This document shows, one piece after another, positions 1-64,000 of a DNA stretch of 64,000 nt. Source of the stretch: Tubulanus polymorphus (lineage: Eukaryota > Animalia > Nemertea); NCBI RefSeq assembly GCF_964204645.1, contig NC_134026.1, positions 9,943,950-10,007,949 on the forward strand, given 5' to 3'. A model generated the notes under the pieces. That model made no database searches and had not been told where the DNA came from. It worked only from the letters and a program-made list of their open reading frames with translations. The position numbers were made by a program, and so were the translations under genes. Each line of letters starts with the position of its first letter. Position 1 is the stretch's first letter.

Positions 1-97
1 ATAATTTCATCCTGAATATAACAAAGTACCGGTATCCGGTTATATTGGCCTTTTCGTGTCCCCTGAAGTTTATTGAAACGAGGTTCCATTGTATTAA

Positions 98-385
98 CCA
101 TTTCAGTGCGTCTACACCGCAGTGCGGTGTACGAATCAGTGATGGATTATGCTAGTACACCGCACTGCGGTGTATTGATTTAATTAGTAATTACTAATTA
201 TCTCTCTTGAATGATGGCAGCACCTGTCAAACATAGTGAAATATTAATAACTAACGATATACCGCGCCAGGGTGCAGACGCACTATAGGGCTATTCCCGT
301 TATTCAACACACTAGGGTGGAATTTTTCAGAATTTTCAAATTATCTTCAGCACTATAGGGTATTAATTAGCCAGCACTGAAAGGG
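98..385. mobile_element. piggyBac-like MITE, copy 1
   Basis: TTAA|CCATTTCAGTGC ... GCACTGAAAGGG|TTAA; near-identical copy at 2534-2808. Confidence 0.85.
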
Positions 386-915
386 TTAATGAGCTTCCTT
401 TGTTATTTGAATTCAATGAATATAACCTTGACTTTTTGTATCGATATAAGAAACAGACAATTATGTATGTACGATTCTTGTAAATAAATGAGAATGTATC
501 ATAGTCTTGCATTATTGTATGCATAATCTTATATTTCGATTTTGAGGAATACTTTTTGGTCTATGTTTTTGAGTATACAGATTAACACTAGGCACATCGA
601 GAGATGATCAAATTGAAAATTGGTGTGATTAGGCAACTAGGCCCAGTAGTCTAGGGACACCAATCTAAATATCAGACAATCCACTGTTCTATGGTGAACA
701 TATTTAGCGAAGCCAAGGACTTCGAAACTCAACATTATGGACCATGTCATTAGCAACTTTGTAGTAAATTGATAGCAGTTATAGTATAGAAATATGCTTA
801 GGGTACGACATTTTTCAAGCTTCTACCTCGTGTGCGCACATCTTACAGTCAAACCTCGTTATAACGCCACCATCAGGACCTGGCTTATTTTGGCGTTATA
901 ACAAGAATGGCGGTA

Positions 916-2403
916 CAGTAGACTCCTCTCAACTCGAATCCTATAAGTCGAAAATCCGTTCAAATCTGCATATGTTGAAATTTTTTTTCTGTGTCCTATT
1001 TAAATTCACTCTACTCAAAATTACTCAACTAGAATATTCATTCAACTCAACTATTTTTTACCAAAATTATGTTCAAACTTCTCTCAACTCGAATATCTGA
1101 ACGATCTTGTGGTAGCAAACACAATTATCGATTAAAAACATGCATGTGTTTATGCAGCTATCAATCAGCTGTCTGTGCCCACCCCCTCAGACGATAGACG
1201 TCAACCTTGTCGATGCTTTGACGATCAGTTTTTGCAAGGATGGCGAAAGCCTGTCGATAACATGCGTAAGGATGTGTCGTTTGGATGTTGAATGTTGAGC
1301 ATTATGAACTAGGGCAGAATGGCGAATGTCTGTTGATATACATGTATTGCCATTGAAATAACGATCTGTCTGTGTGATTTTGAAATAGTGTCAATGATAT
1401 TCTTAAGTTTAATCATGAACAGGATTTGAACAGTACATACACGTGATAACTATGGTACCATGGATTTCTGAAATATACACAGTTACACAAATGAGTTTGA
1501 AGTTTACAATTGTATCAAATTAGATATTTTACCACCTGCCCTTCATCCTATAAATACAAGAAACATTATGTATTTTTCATCATCTCATCACTGCGAACAA
1601 AATAAACCTCAGTCTAAGTGAGAAAGCTAAAGAGCACTTTTATGTTTGAAATAACTTCATTGAGATTGACAGAATACAATATGAGGTCAAATGATTATAT
1701 CTTAAGTACCACAACAAAATTTAAACTTGTCCATGTCCATCTCTCATGAATTTTCACAATAATTTTTCAATTTGTTCAAATTGAATAATCTGAGGGTTGC
1801 GTTTCAAACTTTATAATAGTCTGAACGGTGGCGATGTCTCTCTTGGATATTGATGTTAGTGATAGGCTTGTGCCTGAAATCCTTGGCATATTGGTGATAT
1901 CCTGGCGAACCTTGTTTCTTTATCTGGTTTAGTCTTGACAATCAGTTTTTTTAAGGATAGCGTTAGCCTGTCGATTGTCTGAGGGGGGTGGGTACAGACA
2001 GCAGATTGACAGCTGCATTACTGCTATAATTAGTAGGTTACCGTAACGATCCCTCTACAATTAAGACGATAACATGTACATTGCTCACTAAGACATTGTC
2101 ATCCAGTACGTACATAAACACACTCCAGCAAGCCGCCATTTATGATCGTTCATTTTTCATCACACCAAGTAAATTTTTGGCGGTAAAAAGTGAGACTAAA
2201 CACGCTTTGTTTTAACTAAATTTTCTGAAAATCAAGCATCTAACTGACAAACAAACCATGTAGGATCGATATTGAATCATTTATTTAGGTTTAATTTCTT
2301 AATCATTTTGGCCAATTTCGTAAAAATCCCAATTCGAATTCCGCTTAACTCATTGATTTTTTGCTTCTGGTCCCAATGAATTCGAGTCGAACAGAGTCTA
2401 CTG
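916..2403. mobile_element. Tigger/pogo-like non-autonomous element nested in 846-2897
   Basis: TA|CAGTAGACTC...ACTCGAAT and ATTCGAGT...GAGTCTACTG|TA; internal inverted repeat ~1153-1200 / 1968-2018. Confidence 0.78.
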
Positions 2404-2533
2404 TAAAAAGAAATGCTCGATATGATCCTCCAAATAATTACCAAAAGCAAATTATCAATGCATTACCACAGGAATGTATAATAAAGTGTGGCGATGGGCG
2501 GAAAGCGAGGGGCGTTATTACTGGAGCATTTAA

Positions 2534-2808
2534 CCCTTTCAGTGCGTCTACACCGCAATGCGATGTACGAATCAGTGATGGATTTTCCTGCGGTGTATTG
2601 ATTTAATTAGTAATTACTAATTATTTCTCCTGAAAGATGGCAGCAACTGTCAAACATAGTGAATTATTAGTAACTAACGGTATACCGCGCCATGGTGTAG
2701 ACTCATTATAGTGCTATTCCCGTTATTCAACACACTAGGGTGGAATTTTTCAGAATTTTCAAATTATCTTCAGCACTATAGGGTATTAATTAGCCAGCAC
2801 TGAAAGGG
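2534..2808. mobile_element. piggyBac-like MITE, copy 2 (nested)
   Basis: TTAA|CCCTTTCAGTGC ... GCACTGAAAGGG|TAAA. Confidence 0.85.
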
Positions 2809-3102
2809 TAAACACTAAATTAGATACAGCTGAACAGTGTGACAGCGGTAGGTGAGAATGGCGGTAATATGAGGGCCGTTATAATGAGGTTTGACTATAT
2901 ATTGCCGATGACCTCCTACCTTACATACGCAACAATTGATCAGGTAGTATAAAACATAAACACCTCTTAGTAGGCTACTGGTCTGTTTATTAAAGTATAA
3001 ATAAAGCTTTGATCATTTGAAATGTATTTTGGGTACATGTCCTGTCGTCAGGTTAAATGAATAATCTGATAAGGAAACCAAGATCCAAGCGATGTAAAGC
3101 CA

Positions 3103-3527
3103 AAGGGAGCGTTCACAAATTACGTACCACAAAATCTCCCGTTTTTCTGATCCCCCCTCCCCCCTTGTACCACCTTTGTACCAAATTCACTGACCCTCCT
3201 CTTAGGTACGTACCATCGCACCCATGACCACCCCCCCCCCCCCACCAATTATATTGATGCAAAGAACACAAATCAAAGAAAATATAAATACCTGATTTCA
3301 TTAATGATGTAACAAAAGAATTAAGCAAGTATTGTTTATTGATTTTATATACCGGGTACTAAAAGCCGATAAAACACAAACGGCTATTTTCATTTGAGTT
3401 TGGTACATAAAGTACGTACCAAGATTGATTAATACCCCCCTCCCTCAAAGTACGTACCTTTTTTGCTGACCCGTGTCCCCCCCATGTACCACTTTGTACC
3501 AAAATTCAGTAACCCCCCTCCCCCCCA
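3103..3527. mobile_element. Truncated PIF/Harbinger-like MITE with C-rich internal repeats
   Basis: One terminus AGGGAGCGTTCACAAATTACGT; duplicated GTACCAC(C)TTTGTACCAAA(A)TTCA motif; other end not found. Confidence 0.5.
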
Positions 3528-3831
3528 ATGGAGGTCTTTAAAACTTCCCAATATAACTGGATTCCATCTATGTCCGTCCGTCCGCAATAGCCCGCTGAGA
3601 CTTAAGTGCCAAGTAGGCTAAAGCCCGCTAGGAATAGAGTGGGAACAAGCTTTTCTTCAATGCCTGCCCACCCGGATGGACAAAGGTGATGCCACTCCGC
3701 CTCGGGGCCTTCGGCCGAAGGGTAAAAAGTTAAACCAAGACTTCAATTCAACAATGGTGAATGTGTGAAGCATCACTTCCAGACTGCAGATTGATATCTG
3801 CATCAACAACAATGCAACAATTACCAGCATA

Positions 3832-3882
3832 TTTATTACGTGGAAACTACAGAATTAATTGCATTTCATAAAATGATTTATT
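3832..3882 (-). other. Candidate CIT polyadenylation signals
   Basis: AATAAA on the minus strand at 3877-3882 and 3832-3837, downstream of the stop codon. Confidence 0.35.
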
Positions 3883-4088
3883 TGCATACCTAGTTGAAAT
3901 TATGCATATTACACCATTCGCTGGAAGGTACACAGCATGGGTATTCTTAATTAAGATATCCTGTTCAATAATGACTGTTACAATAATAAATGATGATTAT
4001 GATAAACGTACCAGTAGATAATAATTATAATGAATAATCACAAATTTACACCAGTTTTGTGGATATACAAGCATTAATAGAACAGAAG

Positions 4089-55748
<51,660 letters not shown>

Positions 55749-57773
55749 CTTGTTCCACAGAAGAGGTACTGACAGCCAACAATTCAAACTGTTCATTCAA
55801 AATTAGAATAAATTGACATAATAATTAAAGGGGGTTTCTGGCATTTTTCAGGGCATCTGAATTTATTTTTGTTTCCTTTGTTGAATTTTTGGTGCAAAAA
55901 ATTAGCAAGGCACTCACAAACTACTCATCTTCAATCACTTGACTATTATGTCCAATTTTGATAATCCGGACATGAAATCAAAGCTAATAGCCTCCTGTTT
56001 AGCCTACTACAAACCCTTATCCCGTTAACTTCCAATAAAGAGTTTGTGATTAATGTCTGAACATAAATTCAGGGCCAAAAATTGCCTGGACCGAAAATGC
56101 AACACGACACATTGCCAGTTTTTGCCAATTTCAAAATATGAAACGTTGAGTTCGATAAGATATCCTTCACCAATTTCAGTGATAGGCTTCAATGCACAAC
56201 ATTCTATATTTTGACCGCGGTTGTTTTACTAATCCGTACAATCTTTCAACTTAGGTTACCATTTTTAAATTGGCTGTAGATGGTGTGAACTGTGGAAAAA
56301 TCGCCCCTGGCCTTTTGTTATTTTACACAAACTGCTCTGTACGGGGAATCTGCAATATATCTACGTACGCACATGCGTGAAAGAATAGGGTCAGGGTAAG
56401 GTATTGCGATCGCAATCCGTTTACGGACTCCGTAACCGGGGCAGATCGACATCGATTTTATTTAGGCTATCAGTGCTTCATCTAGCATTAAAAAAGGGCA
56501 GGGTGCTGATTTCAAATAAGGACATTTTTGTGCGTGATTCCATCAGAGCAAGGGCACATAATAAGGCACTCACGTCCGTTTTAGGGGCAACCTGCAATGT
56601 TCCCTATTGCATAGAATCGAGGTACCCCTACTACAATTGAGGACTAGAAACTATGTTAAACTCTGATTTTGCCATGAGTGACACACTTGACCACAGTTCA
56701 TCCTTACACCTATGCCTGTCAATGAACAAAAGTTAATCTAGATAGGGCTTTCAAAATGATTTGGAAAACCAGTTGCAGACAAAAAAAATTGCAGAAAAAA
56801 GCAATCTCAAGTAGCAAATACAGCGAAAAAGAGCCAGCAATAGTTTATAGGCCTACATGAAATTGCATATTTTTAATCTTAGAAATATCAAATTAATTGG
56901 TTTAAATTGATAGTGTTAGTGATTGGCAAGTAACTGTTGATAATTGGTAAGCAGCCAGCTTAAGAACACATTATTGCCATTAGGCTACTCAAACTAATTG
57001 TCTGTGCGAGTCTCTCTGTGAGTTCACCGAACAAAGTTTTTCACCTTGTATATATAAAATTTGTCTAATAGTCTTGATAAAAAGATCCAGAGCATCACGA
57101 TGTGTTCAAAACGAAACAATCCATCGAATATACACTACCAGCTTTACAACGGCAGTCGCTAGAATGATTGGCAGAAGTTTGGAAGTCAGCCAATTTCCTG
57201 GAAACTTTAACTAGGCCACGCGTCTGAGGCACGTTTTCACACGATGCACACTGACTGCAGTACATTTGAATATAACCACTGATCACATGAGCTACTATCG
57301 TTGATATCATACGAGATATTTCATAGCCGTCGCAGGAAACTTACTAACAGTCGGATGCGTCGGCTTATTTTGAAAGCCCTGACTCATTACTCGTGACTGA
57401 CGAGGGCAGGATGGCGGACCTACGGCAAGTGATGAGGGCACAAGGGCAAGCATGGGACACATCTGAAGGGCAAAAGGGCGGCTATTTTCGGGGGCGGGGC
57501 GGACCGCCCTTCTATTTTTGGCTAGATGATGCACTGGGCTATAGGCCCTACTACTTCTTTTTCAACAAATTTTTGTTTTTAATAATCTTATTTAAAAAAC
57601 TGCCTGGCATTAGGTGAGAGACTTGAATGAAGGCTCTCACTCAGCTGTCACCAACAGTAACCAGGTAACACCACCAGTCTTTAATTGACACTTTCTCATT
57701 CTGGATTGGACTACCATTTTTAACAGTACCTACTTAATACGTGCCCCTCTCTGTTTGTGGTGGGAACAACCAC

Positions 57774-58268
57774 CAGAGTTGCCACTTATGTGAAGCTAAA
57801 AATCCGGAAAATAAGTCCTAAATGGCCCTAAAGGCCCTACCCCAGAAAAATTTTTGAAATTAGAACGCCAGATGCGTTCTGGCGCAATACGCGTTATAGG
57901 CCTCACTTTCATTACCGCCTATAGATCATTTTTTCAAATAGCGATTGGTTCTGTCAAATACACCTCATATAGGCCTATAAACCAGAGCCAAAAACAAACG
58001 AAGCGTCAGTCGATTTCAATCGTCGCGTCATCTTGGTTTAATCGTGTACTGCGGGGTTGTTGCCACCACGTGGCAGCACAATACGGCTTTTTCGAACCCT
58101 CTACGGAGCCGTCAAGTTTTGATGTTTAGGGTCGAATCCCGAATTGATTTTATTATTTTTGCGATGTTTTCTTTTGTGGTTATTTGACTTCTCCCGAAAA
58201 TCCGGAAATGAAATTGGATTTTTTTTAAATCCGGAATTCCGGAGAAATCTGGAGAAGTGGCAACTCTG
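57774..58268. mobile_element. TIR element with 6-bp TSD
   Basis: AACCAC|CAGAGTTGCCACTT ... AAGTGGCAACTCTG|AACCAC; related terminus at ~23018-23064. Confidence 0.83.
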
Positions 58269-58440
58269 AACCACTTAAACGTAACATTTCAGCAGGACTG
58301 GACTGGGCCTGGCCCTGGGCTGGAGGTGGTCGGTCCCGGTGGCTTAGGCCAGACCAACAGGCCCTCTTAAAAAAAAGGCAGGCCATGTTTTGTTAGAGGC
58401 AAAAAGAAGTGAGATCACCACTGCTGTTTAAAATAATCAA

Positions 58441-58580
58441 ACGTACATAACTGATGAGAGATGATCAAATGATGAAGTTCATGATCAATCGACTTTCAAC
58501 CGTTCAACTAAATCGTTGTTGTTGTTGTTTTTGTCCCTAAAAAACGAATTGAAACCTTCAAATTATTTCCGGGTACGCGC
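58441..58580 (-). promoter_or_regulatory. Candidate CIT non-coding first exon and promoter with CHR-like element
   Basis: Minus strand reads CCCGGAAATAATTTGAA (CHR TTTGAA at 58557-58562), with a possible donor GTACGT at 58441-58446. Coding exon 1 has acceptor-like sites upstream of the ATG. Confidence 0.4.
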
Positions 58581-58669
58581 CATGGATATCCCTATTTCTC
58601 GGTTTCAGATTTAGTTCTCCCTATTCGTCGGACGAGGCATCGACGCCGTTGCGCTCGACGCCGCCGTAC

Positions 58670-59862
58670 CATCTTCACCGTCAAGGGATTCGAACCCACT
58701 ACGCTAAAGCTGTTCCCGAACCCCTTGACCTCACGAGTCGTTGGAGTCGTTACTAGCCGACCAGAATCCGGTCGTACCAGGTCGTCATTAGTTCCAAGAC
58801 GAGTTTGTCGATGACGTCATATATAAATAATAACATAACCACGTGCGTCCTGGTACGCGCTCTTATCTGTTAGAGCAGTTGGAAATGTCTATTTCAACTT
58901 GACTTGAGAGAGAGCATCAGACGGTGGCCTAGCTCAGTCGGGCTAGATAGTAAATACCTGATAAAAAGTCTGATCAGGACTAGAAAGGACTGGCAGTTGA
59001 CCTAAAACATCGTTTTTTAATCCATTCTTAACTGTGAAGGATTGCAAAAGACATGTCGGTCTGAATCGAACTCTACTGAGAAGGCTTATCTGAGAAGAAA
59101 AGTAAAGAATGTTTTGTTTCGTGTTTTATGTTGTTTTTTCTGAAATCTCTTATGATAAGCTATCAGTTAGTTCATACTACTGAAATAGGACAGGGTTTCG
59201 AATTTTCAGTAGACCCAGTTTCACATATCATACTAAATTTAAGACGAATTGAAGAACTTTGAACTATTCTATGATTCCGGCTACGTTGAATGGGTATCTA
59301 AAAACACATCAATAGTCTTCTAGCAAGAGTTATTTGATTTTATCATTATAAGTCTTGCAAGAAAATAAACATTACTACTTCTACGCAAGTAAATAATTCA
59401 TTTTGTTTATTTACAAACTAGTGGTTATTCGTTTTTGAATAATGTTGAACAAAGAATCATCAAAAGATGATAACGAAGGAAAAGATTGCGGCAATTTGTT
59501 TATGATCATACAATTCGGCGCACAGAATTGGTTGAATAAATTGTCTTTGTATTTAAGTCTGTTCCTCACGCACGTGGTTATGTTATTATTTACCAATGAC
59601 GTCATCGACAAACTCGTCTTGGAACTAATGACGACCGTCGTACCAATCACAGCGCTTGTAACAAACCGACAGTAGACTTCTGTTGGTTTTCCCGTTAAAA
59701 ATTGACCAATCAGCGAACGTTTTACCGAACAAGGAAGCATTTCGCAAATCGATATATGACGTCATGCGCAACAGCGCCAGTAATGAAATCACGCTTCGTA
59801 AGGCCAGGGGGCTGGTGGAAGCGAGTTCGGGAGTGAAACTGGACCCCTGGCAAGCGAGGATG
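58670..59862. mobile_element. Element A: tiny CATC...GATG element with 9-bp TSD, interrupted by a 1.1-kb insert
   Basis: CCGCCGTAC|CATCTTCACC ... GCGAGGATG|CCGCCGTAC. Confidence 0.8.
58721..59811. mobile_element. Element D: inverted-repeat element inserted in element A
   Basis: Ends CCCCTTGACCTCACGA / TCGTAAGGCCAGGGG; ~70-bp internal inverted repeat ~58780-58848 / 59568-59638. Confidence 0.7.
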
Positions 59863-59906
59863 CCGCCGTACCGGTATACGAAGAATGAAAATCTCCCGTG
59901 TACAAC

Positions 59907-60340
59907 CATCCTCGCTTGCAGTATCACTCCCGGACCATCCTCCCTCTGCAGGGACTCGAACCTGATGGCATCGCTACACTCAGCCACGGTACCCCTGCAT
60001 CAGTAGACCGGGTGCGCAGGTACATGCGCAGCTTTCCGAACGAAAACTGGCGGCACCAATCAGATTGCTCATTGTATAATCGTTGAGGCAAATTTCAAGG
60101 AAGATCTATGGGAAAACCCGGGCTAAAATAAAGCGGGATTTCTGATTGGCTAAAAATCACATCATCTGAACTGCGCATGTATCTGCGCACACGGTCGATT
60201 ATGGCAGAGTTTCGTGCCGTGGCAATCTCGATGCCATCAGGTTCGAGTCCCTGCCGGGGAGGATGCTCCCGAACTCGCTTCCACCAGTTCGGGGAACAGC
60301 TTTAGCGTAGTGGGTTCGAATCCGTTGACGGGTGAAGATG
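59907..60340. mobile_element. Element B: inverted copy of the element A family, 9-bp TSD
   Basis: GTGTACAAC|CATCCTCGC ... GGTGAAGATG|GTGTACAAC. Confidence 0.8.
59936..60265. mobile_element. Element C: 330-bp long-TIR element with 9-bp TSD nested in element B
   Basis: CTCCCGGAC|CATCCTCCC ... GGGAGGATG|CTCCCGAAC; partial related copy at ~62517-62738. Confidence 0.8.
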
Positions 60341-62516
60341 GTGTACAACCCGCTACGGTTAAAGTGTAGTGCTGCTCAATTTAGATTCGCTGTCGTGTGA
60401 AGGGTATTTTTCCCTCATTAATTCTGATAATGGATCTTGAAATAAATTTGATAAGGGTCAGGTGGCATGAAAATCGACTCAGTGGCTCACTAATTGACGC
60501 GACTAGGGCGTTGAGGAGCCAAAATGCTTGTATCATCAGGGGTAGACAAATTATCCGAAGATAAATGAAAACTTCACCTTGTTGGTCGTCAAATGATTTT
60601 GCTGTAATTATTTCGCCTGGATAAATCAGCACTACACATCATACATTTCAAACTGTGTTCAGTAGAATTTCTTTCAATAAAATGAAAATTTATTTGACTA
60701 ATTTGTATGTATTCAAGATTGAATTTGCATTGATCTTAAAACCAAAGCAGAAGCATTCAGCAATTCAGAAAATCCTAGACTCATAATCAAATTCTGTGAA
60801 CTGAAGTCAGTTAAGGTCTTTTGCTCGAATCAAGTTGAGGGCTCCTAGGTGTCTAAAATTCGATTCCTCGATGTCCCTGTAATGCCGAGTACGATGGAGT
60901 TGACACACTGAAAAACACTACAAACATTCAAATTAACATGCATTAAAAGGCAAAAAAGATGACCTTGTTATTCAGGCTAAAGCCAGGCCATTTTAAGACC
61001 AAAACAATCAAAACAAAATATTATTAGTCTTATTAGTGCCTTGGCCTTATTTGTGCCTTCACCTGGTTTAACGGTTCACACACCATCGGTACATTATCTT
61101 CTTCGCTTGACTTAATCGGCTATTTGAGGGTAATATGCCGTGAGGTGGGTGGGTGTTGGATGGATTCAGATACCGGTACGCATTTGTTCAAATCAGTCAC
61201 TAGCTGTTCTGTCCGCACCTGCTTGCCACCCGCGCGGTGTTGCTTAATCATTCCCTAACAATTCCCTGTACACTGCTAACATAGTCAAAAACCTGTTATA
61301 TAAATCTAAGATTTAGAAAACTCATTAATCAAAATCTAAAAAACACGGCGTCACAATCTCCAATCCCCAGGGGAAGAAGCAAAATTGGAGGATCGGGGAT
61401 AGAGGATGAGGAGCAAACAATTAAAATTTGAGTGAGATGATAATGAGGCATTAAGGCATGAAGTATCTAGGTAGAAGGGTAGAAAATCCGTTTTCTAGAT
61501 TCGTACGAATTACGAGACTCATGCGCCTTCGCTCGTTTTCTTGGAAGGCTATGCCCGTAACGTCTCCGTGTCCCTTATCCGTCTCGTGGAAAACCATAGA
61601 TTAAGATCAATCTACGGCATATTTCGTAGGGGACTTTAATTTGAGAAAGAGAAGAAATTAGAGTTTTAGAAGTTCACAGTCGGACATTTAATTATTTTGA
61701 ATCGAATAGACTTGAAAACATTATTATAGATGACTACGGTATTTAGAACATTCTACATTTAGTCCATTTCAATTAAGAACAGTTCCATTCTCAGCGCTTC
61801 GAGGTAACGCTGATTATAGACCGGGAGCCCGACCGGGGAGGTTTATCTGTACGAAAGAGATACCAATATCAGACCCCCATACAACACGAAAAAGAGAAAA
61901 AAAGATGATATTAACAAAGAATGGATTTATTGATGCGGGCGGCAATATTTTGACAAAGTATTTTACTTTCTAATCTTCCTATAGAGAATGCCGATGGGAT
62001 TTCAACGTAACTCTGAGTCTGTTTGAAATATTTTTAATCAACACGGCACAATACGGAAGCTTCCAGGGGACATATCTATTTAAAAAAAATTTAACCTCGA
62101 ACATTTTTTTTTTATAGATAGGTCCCAGGACGCTTTCGTAGTACACCTACATACATTATAAACGGGAAATAAAAGCGCAGACAGTGCTAAAAATGTCAAT
62201 ATACATTATACGGTTATTGAATATTTCATGTAGATATGAGTCGAACGATGCGCATGGATGAATGCATGAAACGCTACATCATTTATTCATTACAAATCAT
62301 CCTTTTATTTTATATTTGGATGGATACACTTTCGATTATTATTATATGCGATTGATATCGGCAACACATAAACGGTGATACTGGCCAATATATAAATCTT
62401 CTCAGCCTTTTGAAGAGATCTTTGATTCTATATATTTCTTCGTGGAGGTTGATGTTAAGATATTAAGACACCATGCTACAAACGTTAACCGCCCTCCGCG
62501 CAAACAATAACTTGGG

Positions 62517-62738
62517 GCAATCAGATTACCCGTTGTATAATGGATGAGGCAAATCTAACGGAAAAACTATACATGGAAAAAACCGGGGCTGAAATAAAAC
62601 GGGATATACCTGATTGGCTAAAAATGACATCATCTTATAAGTTGCGCATGTAGCTGCGCACTCTGGCTAGTGTGGTAGTGGCTAGTTACTATGGCGAGTC
62701 TTGATGCCATCAGGTTTTAATCCCTGCCCGGGAGGATG
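62517..62738. mobile_element. Partial copy of the element C family
   Basis: Aligns by eye to ~60057-60265 and ends CCCTGCCCGGGAGGATG. Confidence 0.7.
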
Positions 62739-64000
62739 CAAAAATTAAGTAGGACAAAAGTAGGACATTTTATATCATGAATATTTTTGATATCAGTTTC
62801 TATTACATATCATATTATATACTAGTATGTCCTCCAAAATATCAGAGATTGTGAACTAGCTGTACGCAACAAAATTGAGTTTTCATTGTACAATGTAAAA
62901 GATTCGCCACTCTGCGAATACCGGTTCTTAATGCGTCATTTCTCTTTCCCATTGATACTGGCTTACTATTCTATAAAATTCTCAATGCAATGATGGCTGA
63001 TTCCGACCAAAATGAAAAGAATATATCAATCTCCAACATTTTTTAACATAAAAACGAACACGCCACGCTGAAACATTTCCTTATCAACACTCGGGCCAAA
63101 ATTAAAAATACAGCATCCCCTCCGTCGCTATGGGATGAATAGAAAAGTGGATGTATGGTACTTCCATCTTGTGACGCCTTTAGGATCTTCAGTTGATATG
63201 ATGAGAGGGCAGAAAAAGTTTCGGTTCAACTTCAGAATGCGTGAAGCTGTTCCATCGTCGAGGATTTCCTCGATGGCCGGTTAGCCATGTTGAACCTCCG
63301 AAATCTATAGGATTCTTCCCTACAGGAGATCGAATCAACTCGAAGATTTTCAAAGATTCCATATATATATACCGGTTCAGCCTGTATCCCGTTACACATG
63401 GACGGTCAACCGGACGGACGGTTAAATTAAGTCCCCCATTTGCACAACGGAAAGGCGGGGACAATAATACAAAAGGTCCACCATGTTTTTTTTAAATATC
63501 AGAAAAACCCCATCGTAAAAATCAATTACCGTGGTATTAAACTGAAAAAGACAAAGTGAAAACGAAAAGTGGAAACTGAATTTATCTTTTTTTATAATCA
63601 GGTGCGTATCAGCCACCAAGATTCATTCATAACCAATGTTTTGCGTCTCTGTGATTTATTTTGTTATAAAGATTATTTTTCTGTTAGTTTGTCACATACA
63701 TGGAAATACCTGTGTACATCTGAATACGTAGTTAAAGATCGAAATCATTAGCAGGTGGATTTCTTTAACCACTTCGAAGAAGTCCTCGAAACTCCGAACG
63801 TACAGGAAAAGAAATAAAACGTATTGTTGCTGCCGTCATGTCACCGATCACTAATGAAGACGTGCGTATATCACCATTTGATCAGCATACTTCAAATTAA
63901 TAGGTGCTGAAAAGGATTATCAAAACACATGAATATCCTAATTAATATAACTTATTAGTCTATATACAGTTGGGATATCTTAATCTGACCTTAAACTGAT

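Larger units (their letters stand above)
846..2897. mobile_element. Tigger/pogo-like MITE (outer element of a nest)
   Basis: TA|CAGTCAAACCTCGTTATAACG ... CGTTATAATGAGGTTTGACTA|TA. Confidence 0.8.

Noticed and set aside
58921-58950. tRNA A-box-like GGCCTAGCTCAGTCGG
   Set aside because: No downstream B box or cloverleaf, so not a tRNA gene.
59411-60086. Overlapping 60-120 aa ORFs upstream of CIT as a separate gene
   Set aside because: They fall within nested inverted-repeat elements and show no domain or splice structure.
60400-64000. Possible neighbouring gene
   Set aside because: No convincing exon or domain found; only repeat fragments, such as a HINE-like end at ~63400-63465.

Overview
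AT-rich eukaryotic (invertebrate-like animal) genomic DNA. Most of the window is one intron-rich gene on the minus strand encoding Citron Rho-interacting kinase (CIT). I reconstructed 41 GT-AG coding exons by hand (55748 down to 4089). They are phase-consistent and total 6030 nt, about 2009 aa: AGC kinase, long coiled coil, C1, PH, CNH and a C-terminal PDZ ligand (SSDV). The introns and flanks are full of mobile DNA: a degenerate, near full-length RTE-X-like LINE on the plus strand (PHD + esterase ORF1, APE-RT ORF2), several Helentron-associated (HINE-like) elements, and many MITEs, often nested, with TA, TTAA, TWA, 5-, 6- or 9-bp target-site duplications. Three observations stand out. (1) A 19-nt sequence at the end of LINE ORF1 recurs exactly as the apex of a perfect 16-bp hairpin in the LINE 3' region. 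(2) A HINE family carries ~154-bp tandem units, each with a CTCF-consensus-like motif, plus YY1-like motifs. (3) A self-nesting cluster of tiny CATC...GATG elements with 9-bp TSDs and Pol III B-box motifs lies just upstream of the presumed CIT promoter. All calls are from manual reading; no database searches were run.
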